64,000 nt of DNA, from the NCBI GenBank assembly GCA_964016885.1, contig OZ024757.1, positions 10,664,001 through 10,728,000 on the forward strand. The letters are read 5' to 3'. The notes under the pieces were generated by a model. It worked only from the letters and a program-made list of their open reading frames with translations. It was not told where the DNA came from and ran no database searches. A program made the translations under genes and the position numbers. The DNA comes from Eledone cirrhosa (taxonomy: Eukaryota). Positions 1-11,700 of the stretch are shown in pieces. The stretch's first letter is position 1, and every line of letters starts with the position of its first letter.

Positions 1-3000
1 GTGGTAGTGTTGATGTTGATGGCGGTGGTGGTAGTGTTGATGGTGGTGGCGGAGGTGGTAGTGTTGATGGTGGTGGTGGTGGTGGTACTGTTGATGGTGG
101 TGGAGGTGGTGGTGGTAGTGTTGATGGTGGTGGCGGTGGTGGTGGTAGTGTTGATGGTGGTGGTGGTAGTGTTGATGGTGGTGGCGGTGGTGGTAGTGTT
201 GATGGCGGTAGCGGTGGTGGTAGTGTTGATGGTGATGGCGGTGGTGGTAGTGTTGATGGTGGAGGTGGTGGTGGTAGTGTTGATGGTGGTGGCGGTGGTG
301 GTGGTAGTGTTGATGGTGGTGGCGGTGGTGGTAAAGTTGATGGTGATGGCGGTGGTGGTAGTGTTGATGGTGGTGGTGGTGGTGGTAGTGTTGATGGTGG
401 TGGCGGTGGTGGTAGTGTTGAGTGTGGTGGAGGTGTTGGTGGTAGTGTTGATGGTGGTGGCGGTGGTGGTGGTAGTGTTGATGGTGATGGCGGTGGTGTT
501 AGTGTTGATGGTGGTGGCGGTGGTGGTAGTGTTGATGGTGGTGGCGGTGGTGGTACTGTTGATGGTGGCGGTGGCGGTGGTGGTAGTGTTGATGGTGGTG
601 GCGGTGGTGGTGGTACTGTTGATGGTGGTGGCGGTGGTGGTAGAGTTGATGGTGATGGCGGTGGTGGTAGTGTTGATGGTGGTGGCGGTGGTGGTAGTGT
701 TGATGGTGGAGGCGGTGGTGGTAGTGTTGAGTGTGGTGGAGGTGTTGGTGGTAGTGTTGATGGTGGTGGCGGTGGTGGTGGTAGTGTTGATGGTGGTGGC
801 GGTGGTGGTAGTGTTGATGGTGCTGGAGGTGTTGGTGGTAGTGTTGATGGTGATGGCGGTGGTGGTGGTAGTGTTGATGGTGGTGGCGGTAGTGGTGGTA
901 GTGTTGATGTTGATGGCGGTGGTGGTAGTGTTGATGGTGGTGGCGGAGGTGGTAGTGTTGATGGTGGTGGTGGTGGTGCTAGTGTTGATGGTGGTGGCGG
1001 TGGTGGTACTGTTGATGGTGGTGGAGGTGGTGGTGGTAGTGTTGATGGTGGTGGCGGTGGTGGTGGTAGTGTTGATGGTGGTGGTGGTAGTGTTGATGGT
1101 GGTGGCGGTGGTGGTAGTGTTGATGGCGGTGGCGGTGGTGGTAGTGTTGATGGTGATGGCGGTGGTGGTAGTGTTGATGGTGGAGGTGGTGGTGGTAGTG
1201 TTGATGGTGGTGGCGGTGGTGGTGGTAGTGTTGATGGTGATGGCGGTGGTGGTAGTGTTGATGGTGGTGGCGGTGGTGGTAGTGTTGGTGGTGGTGGTGG
1301 CGGTGGTGGTAGTGTTGATGGTGGTTGCGGTGGTGGTGGTAGTGTTGATGGTGGTGGCGGAGGTGGTAGAGTTGATGGTGATGGCGGTGGTGGTAGTGTT
1401 GATGGTGGTGGCGGTGGAGGTAGTGTTGATGGTGGTGGCGGTGGTGGTAGTGTTGAGTATGGTGGAGGTGTTGGTGGTAGTGTTGATGGTGGTGGCGGTG
1501 GTGGTGGTAGTGTTGATGGTGGTGGCGGTGGTGGTAGAGTTGATGGTGATGGTGGTGGTGGTAGTGTTGATGGTGGTGGCGGTGGTGGTAGTGTTGATGG
1601 TGGTGGCGGTGGTGGTAGTGTTGATGGTGCTGGAGGTGTTGGTGGTAGTGTTGATGGTGGTGGCGGTGGTGGTGGTAGTGTTGATGGTGGTGGCTGTGGT
1701 GGTAGTGTTGATGGTGGTGGCGGTGGTGGTGGTGGTGGTAGTGTTGATGGTGGTGGCGGTGGTGATGGTAGTTTTGATGGTGGTGGCGGTGGTGGTGGTA
1801 GTGTTGTTGGTGGTGGCGGTGGTGGTAGTGTTGATGGTGGTGGCGGTGGTGGTAGTATTGATGGTGGTGGCGGTGGTGGTGGTAGTGTTGATGGTGGTGG
1901 CGGTGGTGGTAGTGTTGATGGTGGTGGCGGTGGTGGTAGTGTTGATGGTGGTGGCGGTGGTGGTAGTGTTGATGGTGGTGGTGGCGGTGGTGGTAGTGTT
2001 GATGGTGGTTGCGGTGGTGGTGGTAGTGTTGATGGTGGTGGCGGAGGTGGTAGAGTTGATGTTGATGGCGGTGGTGGTAGTGTTGATGGTGGTGGCGATG
2101 GAGGTAGTGTTGATGGTGGTGGCGGTGGTGGTAGTGTTGAGTATGGTGGAGGTGTTGGTGGTAGTGTTGATGGTGGTGGCGGTGGTGGTGGTAGTGTTGA
2201 TGGTGGTGGCGGTGGTGGTAGAGTTGATGGTGATGGTGGTGGTGGTAGTGTTGATGGTGGTGGCGGTGGTGGTAGTGTTGATGGTGGTGGCGGTGGTGGT
2301 AGTGTTGATGGTGCTGGAGGTGTTGGTGGTAGTGTTGATGGTGGTGGCGGTGGTGGTGGTAGTGTTGATGGTGGTGGCGGTAGTGGTGGTAGTGTTGATG
2401 TTGATGGCGGTGGTGGTAGTGTTGATGGTGGTGGCGGAGGTGGTAGTGTTGATGGTGGTGGTGGTGGTGGTACTGTTGATGGTGGTGGAGGTGGTGGTGG
2501 TAGTGTTGATGGTGGTGGCGGTGGTGGTGGTAGTGTTGATGGTGGTGGTGGTAGTGTTGATGGTGGTGGCGGTGGTGGTAGTGTTGATGGCGGTAGCGGT
2601 GGTGGTAGTGTTGATGGTGATGGCGGTGGTGGTAGTGTTGATGGTGGAGGTGGTGGTGGTAGTGTTGATGGTGGTGGCGGTGGTGGTGGTAGTCTTGATG
2701 GTGGTGGCGGTGGTGGTAGAGTTGATGGTGATGGCGGTGGTGGTAGTGTTGATGGTGGTGGTGGTGGTGGTAGTGTTGATGGTGGTGGCGGTGGTGGTAG
2801 TGTTGAGTGTGGTGGAGGTGTTGGTGGTAGTGTTGATGGTGGTGGCGGTGGTGGTGGTAGTGTTGATGGTGATGGCGGTGGTGTTAGTGTTGATGGTGGT
2901 GGCGGTGGTGGTAGTGTTGATGGTGGTGGCGGTGGTGGTACTGTTGATGGTGGCGGTGGCGGTGGTGGTAGTGTTGATGGTGGTGGCGGTGGTGGTGGTA

Positions 3001-6000
3001 GTGTTGATGGTGGTGGCGGTGGTGGTAGAGTTGATGGTGATGGCGGTGGTGGTAGTGTTGATGGTGGTGGCGGTGGTGGTAGTGTTGATGGTGGTGGCGG
3101 TGGTGGTAGTGTTGAGTGTGGTGGAGGTGTTGGTGGTAGTGTTGATGGTGGTGGCGGTGGTGGTGGTAGTGTTGATGGTGGTGGCGGTGGTGGTAGTGTT
3201 GATGGTGCTGGAGGTGTTGGTGGTAGTGTTGATGGTGGTGGCGGTGGTGGTGGTAGTGTTGATGGTGGTGGCGGTGGTGGTATTGTTGAGTGTGGTGGAG
3301 GTGTTGGTGGTAGTGTTGATGGTGGTGGCGGTGGTGGTAGTGTTGATGGTGGTGGCGGTGGTGGTAGTGTTGATGGTGGTGGTAGTGTTGATGGTGGTGG
3401 CGGTGGTGGTAGTGTTGATGGTGGTGGCGGTGGTGCTGGTAGTGTTGATGGTGGTGACTGTGGTGGTGGTAGTGTTGATGGTGGTGGCGGTGGTGGTAGT
3501 GTTCATGGTGGTGGCGTTGGTGGTAGTGTTGATGGTGGTGGTGCTAGTGTTGATGGTGGTGGCGGTGGTGGTAGTGTTGATGGCGGTAGCGGTGGTGGTA
3601 GTGTTGATGGTGATGGTGGTGGTGGTAGTGTTGATGGTGGTGGCGGTGGTGGTAGTGTTGATGGTGATGGCGGTGGTAGTAGTGTTGATGGTGGAGGTGG
3701 TGGTGGTAGTGTTGATGGTGGTGGTGGTGGTGGTGGTAGTGTTGATGGTGGTGGCGGTGGTGGTAGAGTTGATGGTGATGGCGGTGGTGGTAGTATTGAT
3801 GATGGTGGCGGTGGTGGTGGTAGTGTTGATGGTGGTGGCGGTGGTGGTACTGTTGATGGTGGTGGAGGTTGTGGTGGTAGTGTTGATGGTGGTGGCGGTG
3901 GTGGTGGTAGTGTTGATGGTGGTGGCGGTGGTGGTAGTGTTGATGGTGCTGGAGGTGTTGGTGGTAGTGTTGATGGTGGTGGCGGTGGTGGTGGTAGTGT
4001 TGATGGTGGTGGCGGTGGTGGTAGTGTTGATGGTGGTGGCGGTGTTGGTAGTGTTGATCGTGGTGGTGGTGGTGGCAGTGTTGATGGTGGTGGCGGTGGT
4101 GATGGTAGTTTTGATGGTGGTGGCGGTGGTGGTGGTAGTGTTGTTGGTGGTGGCGGTGGTGGTAGTGTTGATGGTGGTGGCGGTGGTGGTAGTATTGATG
4201 ATGGTGGCGGTGGTGGTGGTAGTGTTGATGGTGGTGGCGGTGGTGGTACTGTTGATGGTGGTGGAGGTGGTGGTGGTAGTGTTGATGGTGGTGGCGGTGG
4301 TGGTGGTAGTGTTGATGCTGGTGGCGGTGGTGGTAGAGTTGATGGTGATGGCGGTGGTGGTAGTGTTGATGGTGGAGTGGTGGTGGTAGTGTTGATGGTG
4401 GTGGCGGTGGTGGTGGTAGTGTTGATGGTGGTGGCGGTGGTGGTAGTGTTGATGGTGGTGGCGATGGTGGTAGTGTTGATGGTGGTGGCGGTGGTGGTAG
4501 TGTTGATGGTGGAGGTGGCGGTGGTGGTAGTGTTCATGGTGGTTGCGGTGGTGGTGGTAGTGTTGATGGTGGTGGCGGAGGTGGTAGAGTTGATGGTGAT
4601 GGCGGTGGTGGTAATGTTGATGGTGGTGGCGGTGGAGGTAGTGTTGATGGTGGTGGCGGTGGTGGTAGTGTTGAGTATGGTGGAGGTGTTGGTGGTAGTG
4701 TTGATGGTGGTGGCGGTGGTGGTGGTAGTGTTGATGGTGGTGGCGGTGGTGGTAGAGTTGATGGTGATGGTGGTGGTGGTAGTGTTGATGGTGGTGGCGG
4801 TGGTGGTAGTGTTGATGGTGGTGGCGGTGGTGGTGGTAGTGTTGATGGTGGTGGCGATGGTGGTAGTGTTGATGGTGATGGCGGTGGTGGTAGTGTTGAT
4901 GGTGCTGGCGGTGGTGGTAGTGTTGATGGTGCTGGCGGTGGTGGTAGTGTTGATGGTGCTGGAGGTGTTGGTGGTAGTGTTGATGGTGGTGGCGGTGGTG
5001 GTGGTAGTGTTGATGGTGGTGGCGGTAGTGGTGGTAGTGTTGATGTTGATGGCGGTGGTGGTAGTGTTGATGGTGGTGGCGGAGGTGGTAGTGTTGATGG
5101 TGGTGGTGGTGGTGGTACTGTTGATGGTGGTGGAGGTGGTGGTGGTAGTGTTGATGGTGGTGGCGGTGGTGGTGGTAGTGTTGATGGTGGTGGTGGTAGT
5201 GTTGATGGTGGTGGCGGTGGTGGTAGTGTTGATGGTGGAGGTGGTGGTGGTAGTGTTGATGGTGGTGGCGGTGGTGGTGGTAGTGTTGATGGTGGTGGCG
5301 GTGGTGGTAAAGTTGATGGTGATGGCGGTGGTGGTAGTGTTGATGGTGGTGGTGGTGGTGGTAGTGTTGATGGTGGTGGCGGTGGTGGTAGTGTTGAGTG
5401 TGGTGGAGGTGTTGGTGGTAGTGTTGATGGTGGTGGCGGTGGTGGTGGTAGTGTTGATGGTGATGGCGGTGGTGTTAGTGTTGATGGTGGTGGCGGTGGT
5501 GGTAGTGTTGATGGTGGTGGCGGTGGTGGTACTGTTGATGGTGGCGGTGGCGGTGGTGGTAGTGTTGATGGTGGTGGCGGTGGTGGTGGTAGTGTTGATG
5601 GTGGTGGCGGTGGTGGTAGAGTTGATGGTGATGGCGGTGGTGGTAGTGTTGATGGTGGTGGCGGTGGTGGTAGTGTTGATGGTGGAGGCGGTGGTGGTAG
5701 TGTTGAGTGTGGTGGAGGTGTTGGTGGTAGTGTTGATGGTGGTGGCGGTGGTGGTGGTAGTGTTGATGGTGGTGGCGGTGGTGGTAGTGTTGATGGTGCT
5801 GGAGGTGTTGGTGGTAGTGTTGATGGTGATGGCGGTGGTGGTGGTAGTGTTGATGGTGGTGGCGGTAGTGGTGGTAGTGTTGATGTTGATGGCGGTGGTG
5901 GTAGTGTTGATGGTGGTGGCGGAGGTGGTAGTGTTGATGGTGGTGGTGGTGGTGCTAGTGTTGATGGTGGTGGCGGTGGTGGTACTGTTGATGGTGGTGG

Positions 6001-8790
6001 AGGTGGTGGTGGTAGTGTTGATGGTGGTGGCGGTGGTGGTGGTAGTGTTGATGGTGGTGGTGGTAGTGTTGATGGTGGTGGCGGTGGTGGTAGTGTTGAT
6101 GGCGGTGGCGGTGGTGGTAGTGTTGATGGTGATGGCGGTGGTGGTAGTGTTGATGGTGGAGGTGGTGGTGGTAGTGTTGATGGTGGTGGCGGTGGTGGTG
6201 GTAGTGTTGATGGTGGTGGAGTGGTGGTAGAGTTGATGGTGATGGCGGTGGTGGTAGTGTTGATGGTGGTGGCGGTGGTGGTAGTGTTGGTGGTGGTGGT
6301 GGCGGTGGTGGTAGTGTTGATGGTGGTTGCGGTGGTGGTGGTAGTGTTGATGGTGGTGGCGGAGGTGGTAGAGTTGATGGTGATGGCGGTGGTGGTAGTG
6401 TTGATGGTGGTGGCGGTGGAGGTAGTGTTGATGGTGGTGGCGGTGGTGGTAGTGTTGAGTATGGTGGAGGTGTTGGTGGTAGTGTTGATGGTGGTGGCGG
6501 TGGTGGTGGTAGTGTTGATGGTGGTGGCGGTGGTGGTAGAGTTGATGGTGATGGTGGTGGTGGTAGTGTTGATGGTGGTGGCGGTGGTGGTAGTGTTGAT
6601 GGTGGTGGCGGTGGTGGTAGTGTTGATGGTGCTGGAGGTGTTGGTGGTAGTGTTGATGGTGGTGGCGGTGGTGGTGGTAGTGTTGATGGTGGTGGCTGTG
6701 GTGGTAGTGTTGATGGTGGTGGCGGTGGTGGTGGTGGTGGCAGTGTTGATGGTGGTGGCGGTGGTGATGGTAGCTTTGATGGTGGTGGCGGTGGTGGTGG
6801 TAGTGTTGTTGGTGGTGGCGGTGGTGGTAGTGTTGATGGTGGTGGCGGTGGTGGTAGTATTGATGGTGGTGGCGGTGGTGGTGGTAGTGTTGATGGTGGT
6901 GGCGGTGGTGGTAGTGTTGATGGTGGTGGCGGTGGTGGTAGTGTTGATGGTGGTGGCGGTGGTGGTAGTGTTGATGGTGGTGGTGGCGGTGGTGGTAGTG
7001 TTGATGGTGGTTGCGGTGGTGGTGGTAGTGTTGATGGTGGTGGCGGAGGTGGTAGAGTTGATGTTGATGGCGGTGGTGGTAGTGTTGATGGTGGTGGCGA
7101 TGGAGGTAGTGTTGATGGTGGTGGCGGTGGTGGTAGTGTTGAGTATGGTGGAGGTGTTGGTGGTAGTGTTGATGGTGGTGGCGGTGGTGGTGGTAGTGTT
7201 GATGGTGGTGGCGGTGGTGGTAGAGTTGATGGTGATGGTGGTGGTGGTAGTGTTGATGGTGGTGGCGGTGGTGGTAGTGTTGATGGTGGTGGCGGTGGTG
7301 GTAGTGTTGATGGTGCTGGAGGTGTTGGTGGTAGTGTTGATGGTGGTGGCGGTGGTGGTGGTAGTGTTGATGGTGGTGGCGGTAGTGGTGGTAGTGTTGA
7401 TGTTGATGGCGGTGGTGGTAGTGTTGATGGTGGTGGCGGAGGTGGTAGTGTTGATGGTGGTGGTGGTGGTGGTACTGTTGATGGTGGTGGAGGTGGTGGT
7501 GGTAGTGTTGATGGTGGTGGCGGTGGTGGTGGTAGTGTTGATGGTGGTGGTGGTAGTGTTGATGGTGGTGGCGGTGGTGGTAGTGTTGATGGCGGTAGCG
7601 GTGGTGGTAGTGTTGATGGTGATGGCGGTGGTGGTAGTGTTGATGGTGGAGGTGGTGGTGGTAGTGTTGATGGTGGTGGCGGTGGTGGTGGTAGTCTTGA
7701 TGGTGGTGGCGGTGGTGGTAGAGTTGATGGTGATGGCGGTGGTGGTAGTGTTGATGGTGGTGGTGGTGGTGGTAGTGTTGATGGTGGTGGCGGTGGTGGT
7801 AGTGTTGAGTGTGGTGGAGGTGTTGGTGGTAGTGTTGATGGTGGTGGCGGTGGTGGTGGTAGTGTTGATGGTGATGGCGGTGGTGTTAGTGTTGATGGTG
7901 GTGGCGGTGGTGGTAGTGTTGATGGTGGTGGCGGTGGTGGTACTGTTGATGGTGGCGGTGGCGGTGGTGGTAGTGTTGATGGTGGTGGCGGTGGTGGTGG
8001 TAGTGTTGATGGTGGTGGCGGTGGTGGTAGAGTTGATGGTGATGGCGGTGGTGGTAGTGTTGATGGTGGTGGCGGTGGTAGTAGTGTTGATGGTGGTGGC
8101 GGTGGTGGTAGTGTTGAGTGTGGTGGAGGTGTTGGTGGTAGTGTTGATGGTGGTGGCGGTGGTGGTGGTAGTGTTGATGGTGGTGGCGGTGGTGGTAGTG
8201 TTGATGGTGCTGGAGGTGTTGGTGGTAGTGTTGATGGTGGTGGCGGTGGTGGTGGTAGTGTTGATGGTGGTGGCGGTGGTGGTATTGTTGAGTGTGGTGG
8301 AGGTGTTGGTGGTAGTGTTGATGGTGGTGGCGGTGGTGGTAGTGTTGATGGTGGTGGCGGTGGTGGTAGTGTTGATGGTGGTGGTAGTGTTGATGGTGGT
8401 GGCGGTGGTGGTAGTGTTGATGGTGGTGGCGGTGGTGCTGGTAGTGTTGATGGTGGTGACTGTGGTGGTGGTAGTGTTGATGGTGGTGGCGGTGGTGGTA
8501 GTGTTCATGGTGGTGGCGGTGGTGGTAGTGTTGATGGTGGTGGTGCTAGTGTTGATGGTGGTGGCGGTGGTGGTAGTGTTGATGGCGGTAGCGGTGGTGG
8601 TAGTGTTGATGGTGATGGTGGTGGTGGTAGTGTTGATGGTGGTGGCGGTGGTGGTAGTGTTGATGGTGATGGCGGTGGTAGTAGTGTTGATGGTGGAGGT
8701 GGTGGTGGTAGTGTTGATGGTGGTGGTGGTGGTGGTGGTAGTGTTGATGGTGGTGGCGGTGGTGGTAGAGTTGATGGTGATGGCGGTGGT
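1..8790. repeat. ~5.0 kb higher-order duplication: ~1-3780 recurs at ~5031-8790
   Basis: Shared rare variants: AAAGTTG 333/5309 (offset 4976); AGTCTTGAT 2694/7696, TATTGTTGAG 3281/8283 and GTTCAT 3501/8503 (all offset 5002). Confidence 0.85.
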
Positions 8791-11700
8791 GGTAGTGTTG
8801 AGTGTGGTGGAGGTGTTGGTGGTAGTGTTGATGGTGGTGGCGGTAGTGGTAGTGTTGAGTGTGGTGGAGGTGTTGGTGGTAGTGTTGATGGTGGTGGCGG
8901 TGGTGGTGGTAGTGTTGATGGTGGTGGCGGTGGTGGTAGTGTTGATGGTGGTGGCGGTGGTGGTAGTGTTGATGGTGGTGGCGGTGGTGGTAGTGTTGAT
9001 GGTGGTGGTGGCGGTGGTGGTAGTGTTGATGGTGGTGGCGGTGGTGGTGGTAGTGTTGATGGTGGTGGCGGTGGTGGTAGAGATGATGGTGGTGGCGGTG
9101 GTGATGGTAGTTTTGATGGTGGTGGCGGTGGTGGTGGTAGTGTTGTTGGTGGTGGCGGTGGTGGTAGTGTTGATGGTGGTGGCGGTGGTGGTAGTGTTGA
9201 TGGTGGTGGCGGTGGTGGTGGTAGTGTTGATGGTGGTGGCGGTGGTGGTAGAGTTGATGGTGATGGTGGTGGTGGTAGTGTTGATGGTGGTGGCGGTGGT
9301 GGTAGTGTTGATGGTGGTGGAGGTGGTGGTAGTGTTGATCGTGGTGGTGGTGGTGGCAGTGTTGATGGTGGTGGCGGTGGTGATGGTAGTGTTGATGGTG
9401 GTGGCGGTGGTGGTGGTAGTGTTGTTGGTGGTGGCGGTGGTGGTAGTATTGATGATGGTGGCGGTGGTGGTAGTGTTGATGGCGGTGGTGCTGGTAGTGT
9501 TGATGGTGGTGACTGTGGTGGTGGTAGTGTTGATGGTGGTGGCGGTGGTGGTGGTAGTGTTGATGTTGATGGCGGTGGTGGTAGTGTTGATGGTGGTGGC
9601 GGAGGTGGTAGTGTTGATGGTGGTGGTGGTGGTGGTAGTGTTGATGGTGGTGGTGGTGGTGGTACTGTTGATGGTGGTGGAGGTGGTGGTGGTAGTGTTG
9701 ATGGTGGTGGCGGTGGTGGTGGTAGTGTTGATGGTGGTGGTTGTAGTGTTGATGGTGGTGGCGGTGGTGGTAGTGTTGATGGTGGTGGTGGTGGTGGTAC
9801 TGTTGATGGTGGTGGAGGTGGTGGTGGTAGTGTTGATGGTGGTGGCGGTGGTGGTGGTAGTGTTGATGGTGGTGGCGGTGGTGGTAGTGTTGATGGTGGT
9901 GGCGGTGGTGGTAGTGTTGATGGTGGTGGCGGTGGTGGTAGTGTTGATGGTGGCGGTGGCGGTGGTGGTAGTGTTGATGGTGGTGGCGGTGGTGGTGGTA
10001 GTGTTGATGGTGGTGGCCGTGGTGGTAGAGTTGATGGTGATGGCGGTGGTGGTAGTGTTGATTGTGGTGGCGGTGGTGGTAGTGTTGATGGTGGTGGCGG
10101 TGGTGGTAGTGTTGATGGTGGTGGCGGTGGTGGTAGTGTTGATGGTGGTGGTGGCGGTGGTGGTAGTGTTGATGGTGGTTGCGGTGGTGGTGGTAGTGTT
10201 GATGGTGGTGGCGGTGGCGGTGGTGGTAGAGTTGATGGTGATGGCGGTGGTGGTAGTGTTGATGGTGGTGGCGGTGGAGGTAGTGTTGATGGTGGTGGCG
10301 GTGGTGGTAGTGTTGAGTATGGTGGAGGTGTTGGTGGTAGTGTTGATGGTGGTGGCGGTGGTGGTGGTAGGTGGTGGTAGAGTTGATGGTGATGGTGGTG
10401 GTGGTAGTGTTGATGGTGGTGGCGGTGGTGGAAGTGTTGATGGTGGTGGCGGTGGTGGTAGTGTTGAGTGTGGTGGAGGTGTTGGTGGTAGTGTTGATGG
10501 TGGTGGCAGTGGTGGTGGTAGTGTTGATGGTGGTGGCGGTGGTGGTAGTGTTGATGGTGGTGGTGGTGGTGGTACTGTTGATGGTGGTGGAGGTGGTGGT
10601 GGTAGTGTTGATGGTGGTGGCGGTGGTGGTGGTAGTGTTGATGGTGGTGGTGGTAGTGTTGATGGTGGTGGCGGTGGTGGTAGTGTTGATGGCGGTGGCG
10701 GTGGTGGTAGTATTGATGGTGATGGCGGTGGTGGTAGTGTTGATGGTGGAGGTGGTGGTAGTAGTGTTGATGGTGGTGGCGGTGGTGGTGGTAGTGTTGA
10801 TGGTGGTGGCGGTGGTGGTAGAGTTGATGGTGATGGCGGTGATGGTAGTGTTGATGGTGGTGGCGGTGGTGGTAGTGTTGATCGTGGTGGCGGTGGTGGT
10901 AGTGTTGAGTGTGGTGGAGGTGTTGGTGGTAGTGTTGATGGTGGTGGCGGTGGTGGTGGTAGTGTTGATGGTGGTGGCGGTGGTGGTAGTGTTGATGGTG
11001 GTGGCGGTGGTGGTAGTGTTGATGGTGGTGGCGGTGGTGGTAGTGTTGATGGTGGTGGCGGTGGTGGTGGTAGTGTTGATGGTGGTGGCGGTGGTGGTAG
11101 AGTTGATGGTGATGGCGGTGGTGGTAGTGTTGATTGTGGTGGCGGTGGTGGTAGTGTTGATGGTGGTGGCGGTGGTCGTAGTGTTGAGTATGGTGGAGGT
11201 GTTGGTGGTAGTGTTGATGGTGGTGGCGGTGGTGGTGGTAGTGTTGATGGTGGTGGCGGTGGTGGTAGAGTTGATGGTGATGGTGGTGGTGGTAGTGTTG
11301 ATGGTGGTGGCGGTGGTGGTAGTGTTGATGGTGGTGGCGGTGGTGGTAGTGTTGATGGTGCTGGAGGTGTTGGTGGTAGTGTTGATGGTGGTGGCGGTGG
11401 TGGTGGTAGTGTTGATGGTGGTGGCGGTAGTGGTGGTAGTGTTGATGTTGATGGCGGTGGTGGTAGTGTTGATGGTGGTGGCGGAGGTGGTAGTGTTGAT
11501 GGTGGTGGTGGTGGTGGTACTGTTGATGGTGGTGGAGGTGGTGGTGGTAGTGTTGATGGTGGTGGCGGTGGTGGTGGTAGTGTTGATGGTGGTGGTGGTA
11601 GTGTTGATGGTGGTGGCGGTGGTGGTAGTGTTGATGGCGGTAGCGGTGGTGGTAGTGTTGATGGTGATGGCGGTGGTGGTAGTGTTGATGGTGGAGGTGG

